From assembly GCA_018692925.1 (NCBI GenBank), contig JABHLH010000002.1, forward strand, positions 38,576 through 102,575: 64,000 nucleotides of DNA, written 5' to 3'. The position numbers and the translations under genes are program-made. This DNA comes from an archaeon (lineage in GTDB: Archaea > Nanobdellota > Nanobdellia > SCGC-AAA011-G17 > GW2011-AR17). The notes below the pieces were generated by a model that saw only the letters and a program-made list of their open reading frames with translations, ran no database searches and was not told where the DNA came from. Positions within the stretch are counted from its first letter, which is position 1. Each line of letters opens with the position of its first letter. Positions 20,566 to 29,053 of the stretch are shown here, in pieces.

Positions 20566-20953
20566 TTTCTTCTTTCAAATTTTCTTCTTTTACTTCATAA
20601 TCTAAAAGAACAACATCTAAGCCAATAGCTTTTTCTTTTGTATGTTTAAAATCTCCTTTGTAAACACCTTGTTTAACAAAAGCCATTGAAACCTCATCAC
20701 CTACTTTAATTTCCATTTGATCAATTGCTACTGCACCTTCACCTGGTTCTTCACCATTTACAAAAACAAGTATTCCCGAAAAATTAGAACTATCAACCTC
20801 TTTTATATCATTCAATATCAGTCCCTTTTCTAATTCATTTGTGTCAGTATTAAGAAATTCTTCTAAAACATATATTGGCTCTAAACCTTTTCGTTTTAGG
20901 ATTCCATCAATAACTGCCATTACTGTATTTCCTTTTATTTTCATTGTTTTCAT
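20507..20953 (-). CDS. Hypothetical protein
   Basis: ORF track. Confidence 0.65.
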   Translation of the reverse strand: MKTMKIKGNTVMAVIDGILKRKGLEPIYVLEEFLNTDTNELEKGLILNDIKEVDSSNFSGILVFVNGEEPGEGAVAIDQMEIKVGDEVSMAFVKQGVYKGDFKHTKEKAIGLDVVLLDYEVKEENLKEEIIVEVLEESTKKTLCPKKD

Positions 20954-21005
20954 GAGTGTTAAAAAGAAAATTAACTCTTTTTAAGAGTTTTGAAAAAATA
21001 AAATA

Positions 21006-21173
21006 TGCGAGGGAAGGGATTTGAACCCTCGAACTCACTAAGAGACAGGATATCTTACGATTTGATTACATCCATATGTAATCTATCTCAAAGAGACTTT
21101 GGTCTTAAGTTTCGCAAACCTACAGTAACTTTCTGTAAGTTCCCTGCGCATTTGACCACTTTGCTACCCCCGC
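21006..21173 (-). tRNA. tRNA-Leu(TAA) with two introns: 30/31 (21111-21142, 32 nt) and 37/38 (21052-21103, 52 nt)
   Basis: Removing both gives an 84-nt tRNA with CAGGA-CTTAAGA-TCCTG arm, long variable arm, GGTTCAAATCC; both junctions fold as bulge-helix-bulge. Confidence 0.93.
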
Positions 21174-21199
21174 ATTGTATTAGAATTTATTTGTTTTAT

Positions 21200-21931
21200 T
21201 TAAAAAACTTTTGTTTCATTTATAATTTGATATCTTTCTTTTAATTTTGTATTTGGTGGACAATAACCTTTTATTTTATAGATTTGCCATTTGGTAAGAT
21301 GTTTAGAACTTTTAAAACCAATTTCTTTTATGAATCTTTCAATATCTTTTTTTCTTTGAATCATTATTGAATGCACTGCATTTTTATCTTTTTTTCCTTT
21401 GTAAGAAGGTTTTTGATAAATATTATATCCTAATTCTTCAAGCATAAATCTCACTCCTTTTATTATTTTTTTGGAAGTCATTCCTAATTTTATTCTAGGA
21501 CGATTATGTTTTCTATTTTCTATTTTCACAGAATAATTTTTATTGAAATATATTGAACCATCAGTATCAAAAATACCTCTTAAAAAAAACTTCCATAATC
21601 TTTTATTTTTTAGGATACAATCAGGAATTTCATGATCTAATTTAACTCCTGATTTTATACCTAATTGCTCAAAAAAAGAAACAATTTTTTCATTAAAAAC
21701 ATATATCCCATATGTTCCATTTTTTTCATAATTTTTTGCAATAATTTCTTTTCCTAAAATGGGTTTAAAGATATTTGAATTATATATAGGTAAGACATGG
21801 TTATCATAATATTCTCTCTCTTCAGTTATATCTCCATTTATTGCATATTCCTGATATTTTGTAGTTTTACTAATACAACCATCACCTAAATGAATTCCAA
21901 TTATTTCGGCTAATTCTTCAGATATTTCCAT
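21200..21931 (-). CDS. Free-standing two-motif LAGLIDADG (intein/DOD-type) endonuclease
   Basis: LAEIIGIHLGDG and FLRGIFDTDGS motifs with acidic catalytic positions intact; no intein splicing blocks. Confidence 0.92.
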   Translation of the reverse strand: MEISEELAEIIGIHLGDGCISKTTKYQEYAINGDITEEREYYDNHVLPIYNSNIFKPILGKEIIAKNYEKNGTYGIYVFNEKIVSFFEQLGIKSGVKLDHEIPDCILKNKRLWKFFLRGIFDTDGSIYFNKNYSVKIENRKHNRPRIKLGMTSKKIIKGVRFMLEELGYNIYQKPSYKGKKDKNAVHSIMIQRKKDIERFIKEIGFKSSKHLTKWQIYKIKGYCPPNTKLKERYQIINETKVF

Positions 21932-22021
21932 ATCTAATAACTCATTTCAAACTTAATAACTGCTTGTTAAGAATTTCTGAAAATCTTTCAATTTTTCTGA
22001 AAACTTTCCATAAAATCCTCT

Positions 22022-22489
22022 CTAATAAAGAGTATTAAACAAAGAATCAATACTTGTAGGATATCTTGTAGAATTTAAAGAATTTTGATAAGAACCATAA
22101 CTTTGAACATCTTCAAAAAGTGAACCAACCATCTCTAAGTATAAAGGTCTTACTTCTGCTGGGAATGCTGAAGAAGATTTTAATAATCTTGTTATAATTT
22201 CTAAAGATTTGTGTGCTGCTATTCCTGCACTTATATCTTCTGGCTTATCTAATAAGTGCGAACTATAAACTTCGTATTGTTGTAATAAAGTCTCAATGTC
22301 TTCTACCAATTCTGTACCAAGGGCTTCATCAATTTTTATACACATGGGTTTTGTACTAGTTTCAAACCTTTCCCATCTTCTTCTTTTATATTCCAGAACT
22401 ATATCTTCCTCAGATGTATTTGCAGCTAAACCTAATTTTTCAGCATATATTTTTGTAACTTCATTAACTACCATAAAATAGATTTTCAA
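22022..22489 (-). CDS. Hypothetical protein (start probably 22474)
   Basis: ORF track. Confidence 0.65.
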   Translation of the reverse strand: MKIYFMVVNEVTKIYAEKLGLAANTSEEDIVLEYKRRRWERFETSTKPMCIKIDEALGTELVEDIETLLQQYEVYSSHLLDKPEDISAGIAAHKSLEIITRLLKSSSAFPAEVRPLYLEMVGSLFEDVQSYGSYQNSLNSTRYPTSIDSLFNTLY

Positions 22490-22510
22490 CTCATCATATA
22501 TAAATTTAAC

Positions 22511-22588
22511 TCAAAAAGAAAAATCAGTCCAAGCCAAGGGGAGATCGACTTGAACCTTCTTAAGCATAAAGGTAGGGAGGTGTTGCAT
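22511..22588 (-). CDS. Putative 25-aa peptide MQHLPTFMLKKVQVDLPLAWTDFSF, or a small ncRNA
   Basis: AAGGTGA and GAGG before the ATG; TATA ttttataaa upstream; locally elevated GC. Confidence 0.4.
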   Translation of the reverse strand: MQHLPTFMLKKVQVDLPLAWTDFSF

Positions 22589-22704
22589 CCTCTTTTTTCA
22601 CCTTAGAGAATATTAGCCCATTTTCATTTATAAAAGAACAGAACACTATATACATACAGTCTTTCCATAAAGCTTATAAATAATTAGTTTTAGTCGTCAT
22701 AGTA

Positions 22705-23376
22705 ATGAGTATCTTAGTTTTGAATGGGCCATCATGGTTCTGGGGGATTGATGTTATATTTGCACTTGTATTTTCTCTAGTGACAATTCTAATAACTTTA
22801 ATGAGTCATAAGGCTTACAAGATTACTGAAGAACCTAAATATAAATTTTTCAGTTTATCCTTTTTATTGATTTCATTATCTTCTTTAGTTTTTGCAATCT
22901 TTAATTCAATCTTAATATTCCATCTTTCAGATAAGGTTAACTTAATATTATCAGCATTTGATTTTGCATTTTTGATTCAAGTATTCCTATCTCTATTAGC
23001 TTACATGATTTTAATTATTATCGTATTTAAAATAAAGGACACTAAGGTTGTAACTTTATTATTATCTCTTTTACTTTTATTCATTGTATTTTCACATCAG
23101 TATACTTTAAAATATCATTTAACATCTTTAGTTTTGTTAGCTTTCTTAGCTTACCAGTTTTACTTAAACTTCCAAGAGAAGAAAAACAAAAATACAAGAT
23201 TAGTTTTCACATCCTTTTACTTATTAGCTTGTGCAGAAATATTTTACATAATTAACATTTTTACAACAGAGTATCTTTATGTTGTTGGACAACTAGTTCA
23301 GTTACTAGGTTTCCTAGTTTTATTTTACATGTTTATGAGGGTTTTACACTATGGTGGCGAGAAGAGAAAAGCTTGA
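22705..23376 (+). CDS. ~7-TM membrane protein (putative sensor)
   Basis: Seven hydrophobic helices; overlaps the wHTH gene. Confidence 0.75.
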   Translation: MSILVLNGPSWFWGIDVIFALVFSLVTILITLMSHKAYKITEEPKYKFFSLSFLLISLSSLVFAIFNSILIFHLSDKVNLILSAFDFAFLIQVFLSLLAYMILIIIVFKIKDTKVVTLLLSLLLLFIVFSHQYTLKYHLTSLVLLAFLAYQFYLNFQEKKNKNTRLVFTSFYLLACAEIFYIINIFTTEYLYVVGQLVQLLGFLVLFYMFMRVLHYGGEKRKA

Positions 23377-23623
23377 TATTATTAAGGACATTTTGGAATC
23401 TATTCGTGATAAAGGTGGAACCATAAAGCCAACTCATTTATTATACAAATCTAATCTTTCTCATGATTCTATGAAGAGATATGTTGGAGATTTAATTGTA
23501 AAAGAGTTAGTTGAAGAGCTTGAAGAAAAAAGAGGAAAGAAATATACTATTACTGACAAAGGTTTAAAGTTCTTATCTGATTATCAACAAGTTAAGGAAT
23601 TTACAAATTCTTTTGGTTTCTAA
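23351..23623 (+). CDS. Winged-helix DNA-binding protein (HTH_45/DUF2250-like)
   Basis: RREKLDIIKDIL, PTHLLYKSNLS, YTITDKG. Confidence 0.88.
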   Translation: MVARREKLDIIKDILESIRDKGGTIKPTHLLYKSNLSHDSMKRYVGDLIVKELVEELEEKRGKKYTITDKGLKFLSDYQQVKEFTNSFGF

Positions 23624-23662
23624 TTAAAAAAATACTTAAATGAATATATCTACTAATTTACT

Positions 23663-24031
23663 ATGAAAGTACCAAAATCTCTAAAAACTTGGTTTTTAAT
23701 TCATTTCATTATAGATTATATTATTGCAATTCCTTTATTCTTTTTTCCAATTTACACTTTATCTTTACTAGGCTTAGAAACAATAGATCCAGTTACAGCA
23801 AGATTAGTAGCTGCTGCTTTATTTGCAGTTGGTGGTATTTCTATATTGGCTAAAGAAAAATCAAAAGAAACTTTCAACACTCTACTAACTTTAAAATTAA
23901 TTTGGTCAGGAACTGCAGTCTTAGGATTATTATTTTCAATTTACCAGGGTTATCCAAAAATTTTATGGGTCTTTGTAATAATATTTGGTCTTTTCTTTGA
24001 ATTATGGCACTATTATAAAAAGAAATTATAG
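23663..24031 (+). CDS. 4-TM membrane protein
   Basis: Hydrophobicity pattern. Confidence 0.75.
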   Translation: MKVPKSLKTWFLIHFIIDYIIAIPLFFFPIYTLSLLGLETIDPVTARLVAAALFAVGGISILAKEKSKETFNTLLTLKLIWSGTAVLGLLFSIYQGYPKILWVFVIIFGLFFELWHYYKKKL

Positions 24032-24068
24032 TTTCTCCTATGAATTTTAAAAAGGTCTATGAGGTAGA

Positions 24069-24134
24069 CTATGGATAAGTTGGTTTTAGGAAATAAACTT
24101 TTTTAAGTTTTTTGACCCTATACGTATAAGTCAT
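24069..24134 (-). CDS. Putative 21-aa peptide MTYTYRVKKLKKVYFLKPTYP
   Basis: AGGTGTGA SD-like, TATA tttataaaa upstream, GTCTA/TAGAC hairpin plus T tract after the stop. Confidence 0.45.
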   Translation of the reverse strand: MTYTYRVKKLKKVYFLKPTYP

Positions 24135-24241
24135 GCCTTTTCACACCTAATTAGGATTTATTTGTAAATTTTATTTTTATAAACTTTTCGGAAAGCTCTC
24201 GAAAGGATTAATTTTTTAAAGGTTAAAGAAATTATAGATTT

Positions 24242-24790
24242 ATGAAAAAAATATTAATATTATTCTTACTTATTTTCTTAGTTGGATGTACTACAGAAGT
24301 ACTAGAAGAAAATGAAGAAATAGGATCAGGCACAGGTTTTGGTGCTGCGGAGAACGAAAAAATGGATTATACTTACAAGGTAAAAGTTGAAACCAATAAA
24401 GGAGATTTTGTTATTGGTTTATATGAAGACACACCTTTATCTACAAATAATTTTCTTAAACTTGTAGAAGAAGGATTTTATAATAGCTTAACATTCCACA
24501 GATACGAACCTAATTTTGTAATTCAAGGTGGAGATCCTAGTGGAGATGGGACTGGTGGAAGCTCTGATACTGTAAATTTAGAAGTCATTGGTAAATCTCA
24601 TTCAAGAGGGACTGTAGGTATGGCAAGATCCAATGATCCAAATAGTGCAAGTTCTCAATTCTTTGTAAACTTAGCTGATAATACTTTCTTAGATGATGGT
24701 TACACTGTTTTTGGAGATGTACTTGAAGGTATGGATGTTGTTGATGAATTAAGAGCTGGGGACACAATGAATAAAGTGTCAATGCTTTAA
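24242..24790 (+). CDS. Cyclophilin-type PPIase, lipoprotein
   Basis: FHRYEPNFVIQGGDP, GMAR..SASSQFFVN; LVGC lipobox. Confidence 0.95.
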   Translation: MKKILILFLLIFLVGCTTEVLEENEEIGSGTGFGAAENEKMDYTYKVKVETNKGDFVIGLYEDTPLSTNNFLKLVEEGFYNSLTFHRYEPNFVIQGGDPSGDGTGGSSDTVNLEVIGKSHSRGTVGMARSNDPNSASSQFFVNLADNTFLDDGYTVFGDVLEGMDVVDELRAGDTMNKVSML

Positions 24791-24795
24791 TTTTT

Positions 24796-24933
24796 TTATT
24801 CTACTAGTGCATCTACGCCTTTACCATGTTTTTTTTGACATGCACTACATACTGCTTTTTTCTTAACAAAAGTACCCATTATTTTTCCTAGAAAACTATT
24901 TTCTATTTTTCCTTTACATATTACGCATTTCAT
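24796..24933 (-). CDS. 45-aa zinc-finger protein (CxxC...CxxC)
   Basis: Manual translation MKCVICKGKIENSFLGKIMGTFVKKKAVCSACQKKHGKGVDALVE. Confidence 0.8.
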   Translation of the reverse strand: MKCVICKGKIENSFLGKIMGTFVKKKAVCSACQKKHGKGVDALVE

Positions 24934-25012
24934 ATTATTCTCATTCTTATTTTCCTTTAAATATTTTCCTCATATCACAACTCTTAAAAATCTTGATAAC
25001 TCTTTTTTAATA

Positions 25013-25468
25013 ATGGTATTTGATTTTTTTAATAAAACAAAACTCCCTAATAATATTCCTAATGAATTAAAAGAAATTATAAAACAAGTAAATCAATCTA
25101 AGAATCAAGAAGAGGCATTAAAAAAAGCTTATAATATTCTAACCAAAAGATTTTATGGGAAAAAATTTGTAACTTATTTATTATTTCATCGTTTATTTTA
25201 CAAGGATCCTCAGAGATTATGGGATAATAAAGGATTTTTACATTGTACTAATTTTAATTATTTAATAAGAATTATTTTAGTTAATTCTAAATTTTTTAAA
25301 GAGAAAGATATCCAATTAAAATGGACTTTTATTTTTATTTCTCCACACCAATATTTACTTGTTAATCTAAATAATAAAAAAATAACTCTTGATGCTTGGG
25401 CTGCTAATTATGATATTAAGTTTGGAGATATTATGTCTACTTCTAATTCTACTAAGAAAAAGACTTAA
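25013..25468 (+). CDS. Transglutaminase-like domain protein
   Basis: Cys-His-Asp order: HCTNFN, PHQYL, LDAW. Confidence 0.65.
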   Translation: MVFDFFNKTKLPNNIPNELKEIIKQVNQSKNQEEALKKAYNILTKRFYGKKFVTYLLFHRLFYKDPQRLWDNKGFLHCTNFNYLIRIILVNSKFFKEKDIQLKWTFIFISPHQYLLVNLNNKKITLDAWAANYDIKFGDIMSTSNSTKKKT

Positions 25469-25493
25469 AAAGCTTTAATTTATCTTTCTAAGC

Positions 25494-27269
25494 ATGGTTA
25501 AAAGAATAGCTGTAGTTGAAAAAGAAAAATGTAATCCTCTGTCCTGTGGAGACTATCTCTGTATGAGGATGTGTCCTCTAAACAGAGAAGGGCAGGAAGC
25601 TATAACCAAAGGTCCAGATGGTAAAGCTCAGATTAATGAAGAGCTTTGTACTGGTGTTTGTAGCATTTGTGTAAACATATGTCCTTTTGGAGCTATTCAC
25701 ATGGTTAAGCTTCCAGATAATTTAACTCAAAAACCTATTCACAGATATGGAAAAGATTCTTTCATATTATACAACATACCTTTACCAACTTCAGGAAAAG
25801 TTTTAGGTATTTTAGGAAGAAATGGTATTGGGAAAAGTACAGCATTAAAAATATTATCAAATTCATTAACCCCCAATCTTGGAGATCCAGAAAATAAAGA
25901 TCCAAAAATTGATGAACTTATTAAGATGTACAGAGGATCTGAAATTCAAATTTTCTTAAAAAAATTAAAAGAAAAGAAAGTAAAAATTGCTTACAAACCT
26001 CAGTCTGTACATTTAATTCCTACACAAATTGAAGGAACTGTTAAGGAACTTTTAGATAAATCAAATGAAAATAACAAACTTGATGAAGTCTCAGAACAAT
26101 TAAATTTAAAAGAATTATATGATCGAGAAGTTTCCGCTCTTTCTGGTGGAGAGTTACAGAGGCTAGCAATTGCTGCAACTTTGCTAAGGGATGCAAACTT
26201 TTACTTCTTTGATGAGCCAGCATCTTTCTTAGATATTACTTACAGAATAAAGGTTGCAAAAATAATTAGATCTTTAGCAAAGGAAGGTGTCGCAGTTATG
26301 GTTGTTGAACATGACTTGGCAACTTTAGATTATATTTCTGATCAATTACAAATTTTATATGGTAATGCTGCAGTTTATGGTATTGTTTCTCAAATTAAAT
26401 CTGTTAGAAGGGGAATTAATGAATATTTAGATGGTTATCTTCCTGACGACAATGTTCGGTTTAGAGACTACAAAATTAAATTTAACAAAGGTATTGAAAG
26501 ATATGTAAATAGGCCTGTATTATACTCTTGGGGAGACTTAGAAAAAGAGTTTGAAACTTTCAAATTAAAAATCAGTGCTGGTGAGTTAAGAAAAGGTGAA
26601 ATTTTAACTATTACTGGTGGGAACGGTTTAGGAAAAACAACTTTCTTAAAAATGCTTGCTGGATTAATCAAACCTACAAAGGGAAAAATCGATTCTAGTA
26701 TAAAGATTGCTTACAAACCTCAAGATATTAAACCTGAAGCAGGGACTGTAAATGAATGGTTACATAAATTTGCAAAAAACAAAGAGAGTGGTTGGTTTGA
26801 AAAAAATATCTTAGATAAATTAAACTTAAGAAAAATAATTAATTCAAACATTGCAGATTTATCTGGTGGTGAATTACAAAAAGTTTTTGTTGCTATTACT
26901 TTATCTTTAGATGCTGATGTTTATGCTTTTGACGAGCCTTCAGCTTTTATTGATGTTGAGGATAGAATAAATGTAGCAGAAGTAATTAGAGATTTTATGA
27001 ACAAACAAGACACTTGTGCAATTGTTGTAGATCACGATATTCAATTTGTAGATTACATTGGTGATTCTATGTTAGTTTTCGAGGGTGAACCTGGTAAAGA
27101 AGGTCATGTTAAAGGTCCTTTAACTAAAGAAGAAGGTATGAATGAAGTATTAAAAATGCTTGACATAACTTTCAGAATTGATGCTGAATTTGGTAGACCA
27201 AGAATAAATCAGTTAGGTTCTCAGTTAGATAAAAAACAAAAAAAAGAAGGAAAATATTATTACACTTAA
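25494..27269 (+). CDS. rli: Ribosome recycling ATPase ABCE1/RLI
   Basis: N-terminal Fe-S Cys cluster, two ABC domains (LSGGELQ), RPRIN motif. Confidence 0.97.
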   Translation: MVKRIAVVEKEKCNPLSCGDYLCMRMCPLNREGQEAITKGPDGKAQINEELCTGVCSICVNICPFGAIHMVKLPDNLTQKPIHRYGKDSFILYNIPLPTSGKVLGILGRNGIGKSTALKILSNSLTPNLGDPENKDPKIDELIKMYRGSEIQIFLKKLKEKKVKIAYKPQSVHLIPTQIEGTVKELLDKSNENNKLDEVSEQLNLKELYDREVSALSGGELQRLAIAATLLRDANFYFFDEPASFLDITYRIKVAKIIRSLAKEGVAVMVVEHDLATLDYISDQLQILYGNAAVYGIVSQIKSVRRGINEYLDGYLPDDNVRFRDYKIKFNKGIERYVNRPVLYSWGDLEKEFETFKLKISAGELRKGEILTITGGNGLGKTTFLKMLAGLIKPTKGKIDSSIKIAYKPQDIKPEAGTVNEWLHKFAKNKESGWFEKNILDKLNLRKIINSNIADLSGGELQKVFVAITLSLDADVYAFDEPSAFIDVEDRINVAEVIRDFMNKQDTCAIVVDHDIQFVDYIGDSMLVFEGEPGKEGHVKGPLTKEEGMNEVLKMLDITFRIDAEFGRPRINQLGSQLDKKQKKEGKYYYT

Positions 27270-27670
27270 CCAAGATTCCATTTCTCAATTTCATCAAGAT
27301 CTTTTTGTGCTTCTTTTCTCATATCTTCAAGAACATTTTCTTTGATATATTTTTCAACATCTTCAACAGTCTCAAATCTAAGAACATGGGTATCTCCTTC
27401 ACCATTATAAACACAAGTATCTAATGCATGTCCTCTACAAATATCAGGTCTTTTATCATAAACAGTACACTTACCAGTATCGTCTAGCTTTGCACATGGA
27501 GTTTTAAATTCTACTACCCAATCATCTTCATTATCTTTGTAAACTGAAACATTTTTATGGGAAACCATCCATCTGATTTCATCCCAATCTTCTACTGTAT
27601 CAGGTTCGTCTATTTCTACTGTTACATCTTTACAACATGATGAGTCTGGACATTGTTCACAATCTATCAT
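27266..27670 (-). CDS. YkgJ/CxxCxxCC cysteine-cluster protein
   Basis: CEQC..CC, C..L..GKCTVYDKRPDICR. Confidence 0.9.
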   Translation of the reverse strand: MIDCEQCPDSSCCKDVTVEIDEPDTVEDWDEIRWMVSHKNVSVYKDNEDDWVVEFKTPCAKLDDTGKCTVYDKRPDICRGHALDTCVYNGEGDTHVLRFETVEDVEKYIKENVLEDMRKEAQKDLDEIEKWNLG

Positions 27671-27691
27671 AACTCACATTTTCAAATTTCA

Positions 27692-28453
27692 TCATTTAAA
27701 TAATTTTCTCATACTTATCTTATAATTTCTTACAAGAACAAACAAAGAAACAAGAATCATTACTAAAGACATCCATTGTCCTACACTCAAACCCCAATAT
27801 AAAATATCTTCTCTATAGAAATCCAAAACCAATCTACCTATTCCCATTAACAAAACTCCACACCAAAATATGAATCCTTCTTTAAACTTTATAGACGATA
27901 AACTCCACAATATTCCTCCAATTGCAAATCTTTTCAAAGCACTATAAATCACATAAGGATGTCTACATAAATTATCTCCAAAGTCTACACACCAAGAAAC
28001 ATCTGTAACTCTTCCAACTAATTCTCCATTTGTAAAATTTGCTAACCTTCCTAAACCTAAAGCAAGTATTCCTGGAACTGTTAAAATGTCTGCAACTTTC
28101 AAAAAACTTATTTTCTTATTTTTACAAAACCACCATGCTCCGACGATAATTCCTACTAAACCTCCATGGTAAGCCATACCTCCTTCCCAAAGATAAAATA
28201 TTTTCCAAGGTTCTAATAAGTAATAATCAAACTCCCAGAAAACTACATGGAACAATCTGGAGCCAATAATTACACCTAACATTAAATAAAAAACAAGGTC
28301 ATAAACATCATCTTTTTTCAAAGCTATTTCTCGACGATAATGCATCAACCAAACTATACTCAAAATAAATCCAATTACATAAACTAAACCATAATATCTT
28401 ATTTCTAATCCACCCAAGTTTAACAACACAGGATTCAAATTATGTACCCACAT
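27692..28453 (-). CDS. lgt: Prolipoprotein diacylglyceryl transferase
   Basis: IRYYGLVY, GGMAYHGG, GRLANFTNGELVGR, RHP, R..DFYRE. Confidence 0.93.
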   Translation of the reverse strand: MWVHNLNPVLLNLGGLEIRYYGLVYVIGFILSIVWLMHYRREIALKKDDVYDLVFYLMLGVIIGSRLFHVVFWEFDYYLLEPWKIFYLWEGGMAYHGGLVGIIVGAWWFCKNKKISFLKVADILTVPGILALGLGRLANFTNGELVGRVTDVSWCVDFGDNLCRHPYVIYSALKRFAIGGILWSLSSIKFKEGFIFWCGVLLMGIGRLVLDFYREDILYWGLSVGQWMSLVMILVSLFVLVRNYKISMRKLFK

Positions 28454-28575
28454 ATAGATTCAAATCTTTTTAAAATTTATAAGGTTTCCCTCGAGAAAAC
28501 ATAAAGTTTATATACTAATATAGACTATATAACATTACTAGTATTTATAACTAGATTATATGAGGTGAAAAAAAA

Positions 28576-29031
28576 ATGGGAAAAGTTCTTGTAAAGTGTG
28601 GGATTAAAAGAGAATCTGGCTTTTTATACTTCTTAAATAAGAAGGGTGATGTGGCTAGAGTAAAGATGAAAAGACCTGGAATGAAGGGATCATTCAAACA
28701 GCAAGTGGTAGTTAAGTGTGGAGTTTCTAGAGAACCTGGTATGCTATATTACATCGACAAAGCAGGAAATGTTGCATGTACAAAAATGGCTAGAGGCGGA
28801 AAGAAGAAAAAGAAAAAAGCTAAAAAGAAAAAAGTGAAGAAAAAAGCTGTTAAGAAAAAGGTTAAGAAAAAAGCTAAGAAAAAAAAGGTGAAGAAAAAAG
28901 CTAAAAAGAAAGCAGTAAAGAAAAAAGTGAAAAAGAAAGCTGCAAAGAAGAAAGTTAAGAAAAAAGCTGCAAAGAAAAAAGCTAAGAAAAAAGCACCTAA
29001 AAAGAAAGCTAAAAAGAAAAAGAGAAGATAA
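28576..29031 (+). CDS. Basic protein: duplicated small domain plus histone-H1-like K/A/V tail
   Basis: KCGIKRESGFLYFLNKKGDV / KCGVSREPGMLYYIDKAGNV repeats, then KKK(A/V) repeats; GAGGTGA SD. Confidence 0.85.
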   Translation: MGKVLVKCGIKRESGFLYFLNKKGDVARVKMKRPGMKGSFKQQVVVKCGVSREPGMLYYIDKAGNVACTKMARGGKKKKKKAKKKKVKKKAVKKKVKKKAKKKKVKKKAKKKAVKKKVKKKAAKKKVKKKAAKKKAKKKAPKKKAKKKKRR

Positions 29032-29053
29032 ATTTCTTTTTTATTTTTTTATT

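Noticed and set aside
21005-21244. 79-aa plus-strand ORF
   Set aside because: Antisense to the intron-containing tRNA
21200-21931. Intein or intron-encoded status of the LAGLIDADG gene
   Set aside because: No Cys/Ser start or His-Asn end and no host extein; it lies outside the complete tRNA
22530-22560. tRNA fragment (GGTTCAAGTC on the minus strand)
   Set aside because: Flanks do not form a T-stem or acceptor stem
24069-24380. YTYRVK in the small peptide resembling YTYKVK in cyclophilin
   Set aside because: Six-residue match only; most likely coincidence
28801-29028. Repeat array / CRISPR-like periodicity
   Set aside because: Degenerate Lys/Ala/Val codon repeats within a CDS; no spacers or cas genes
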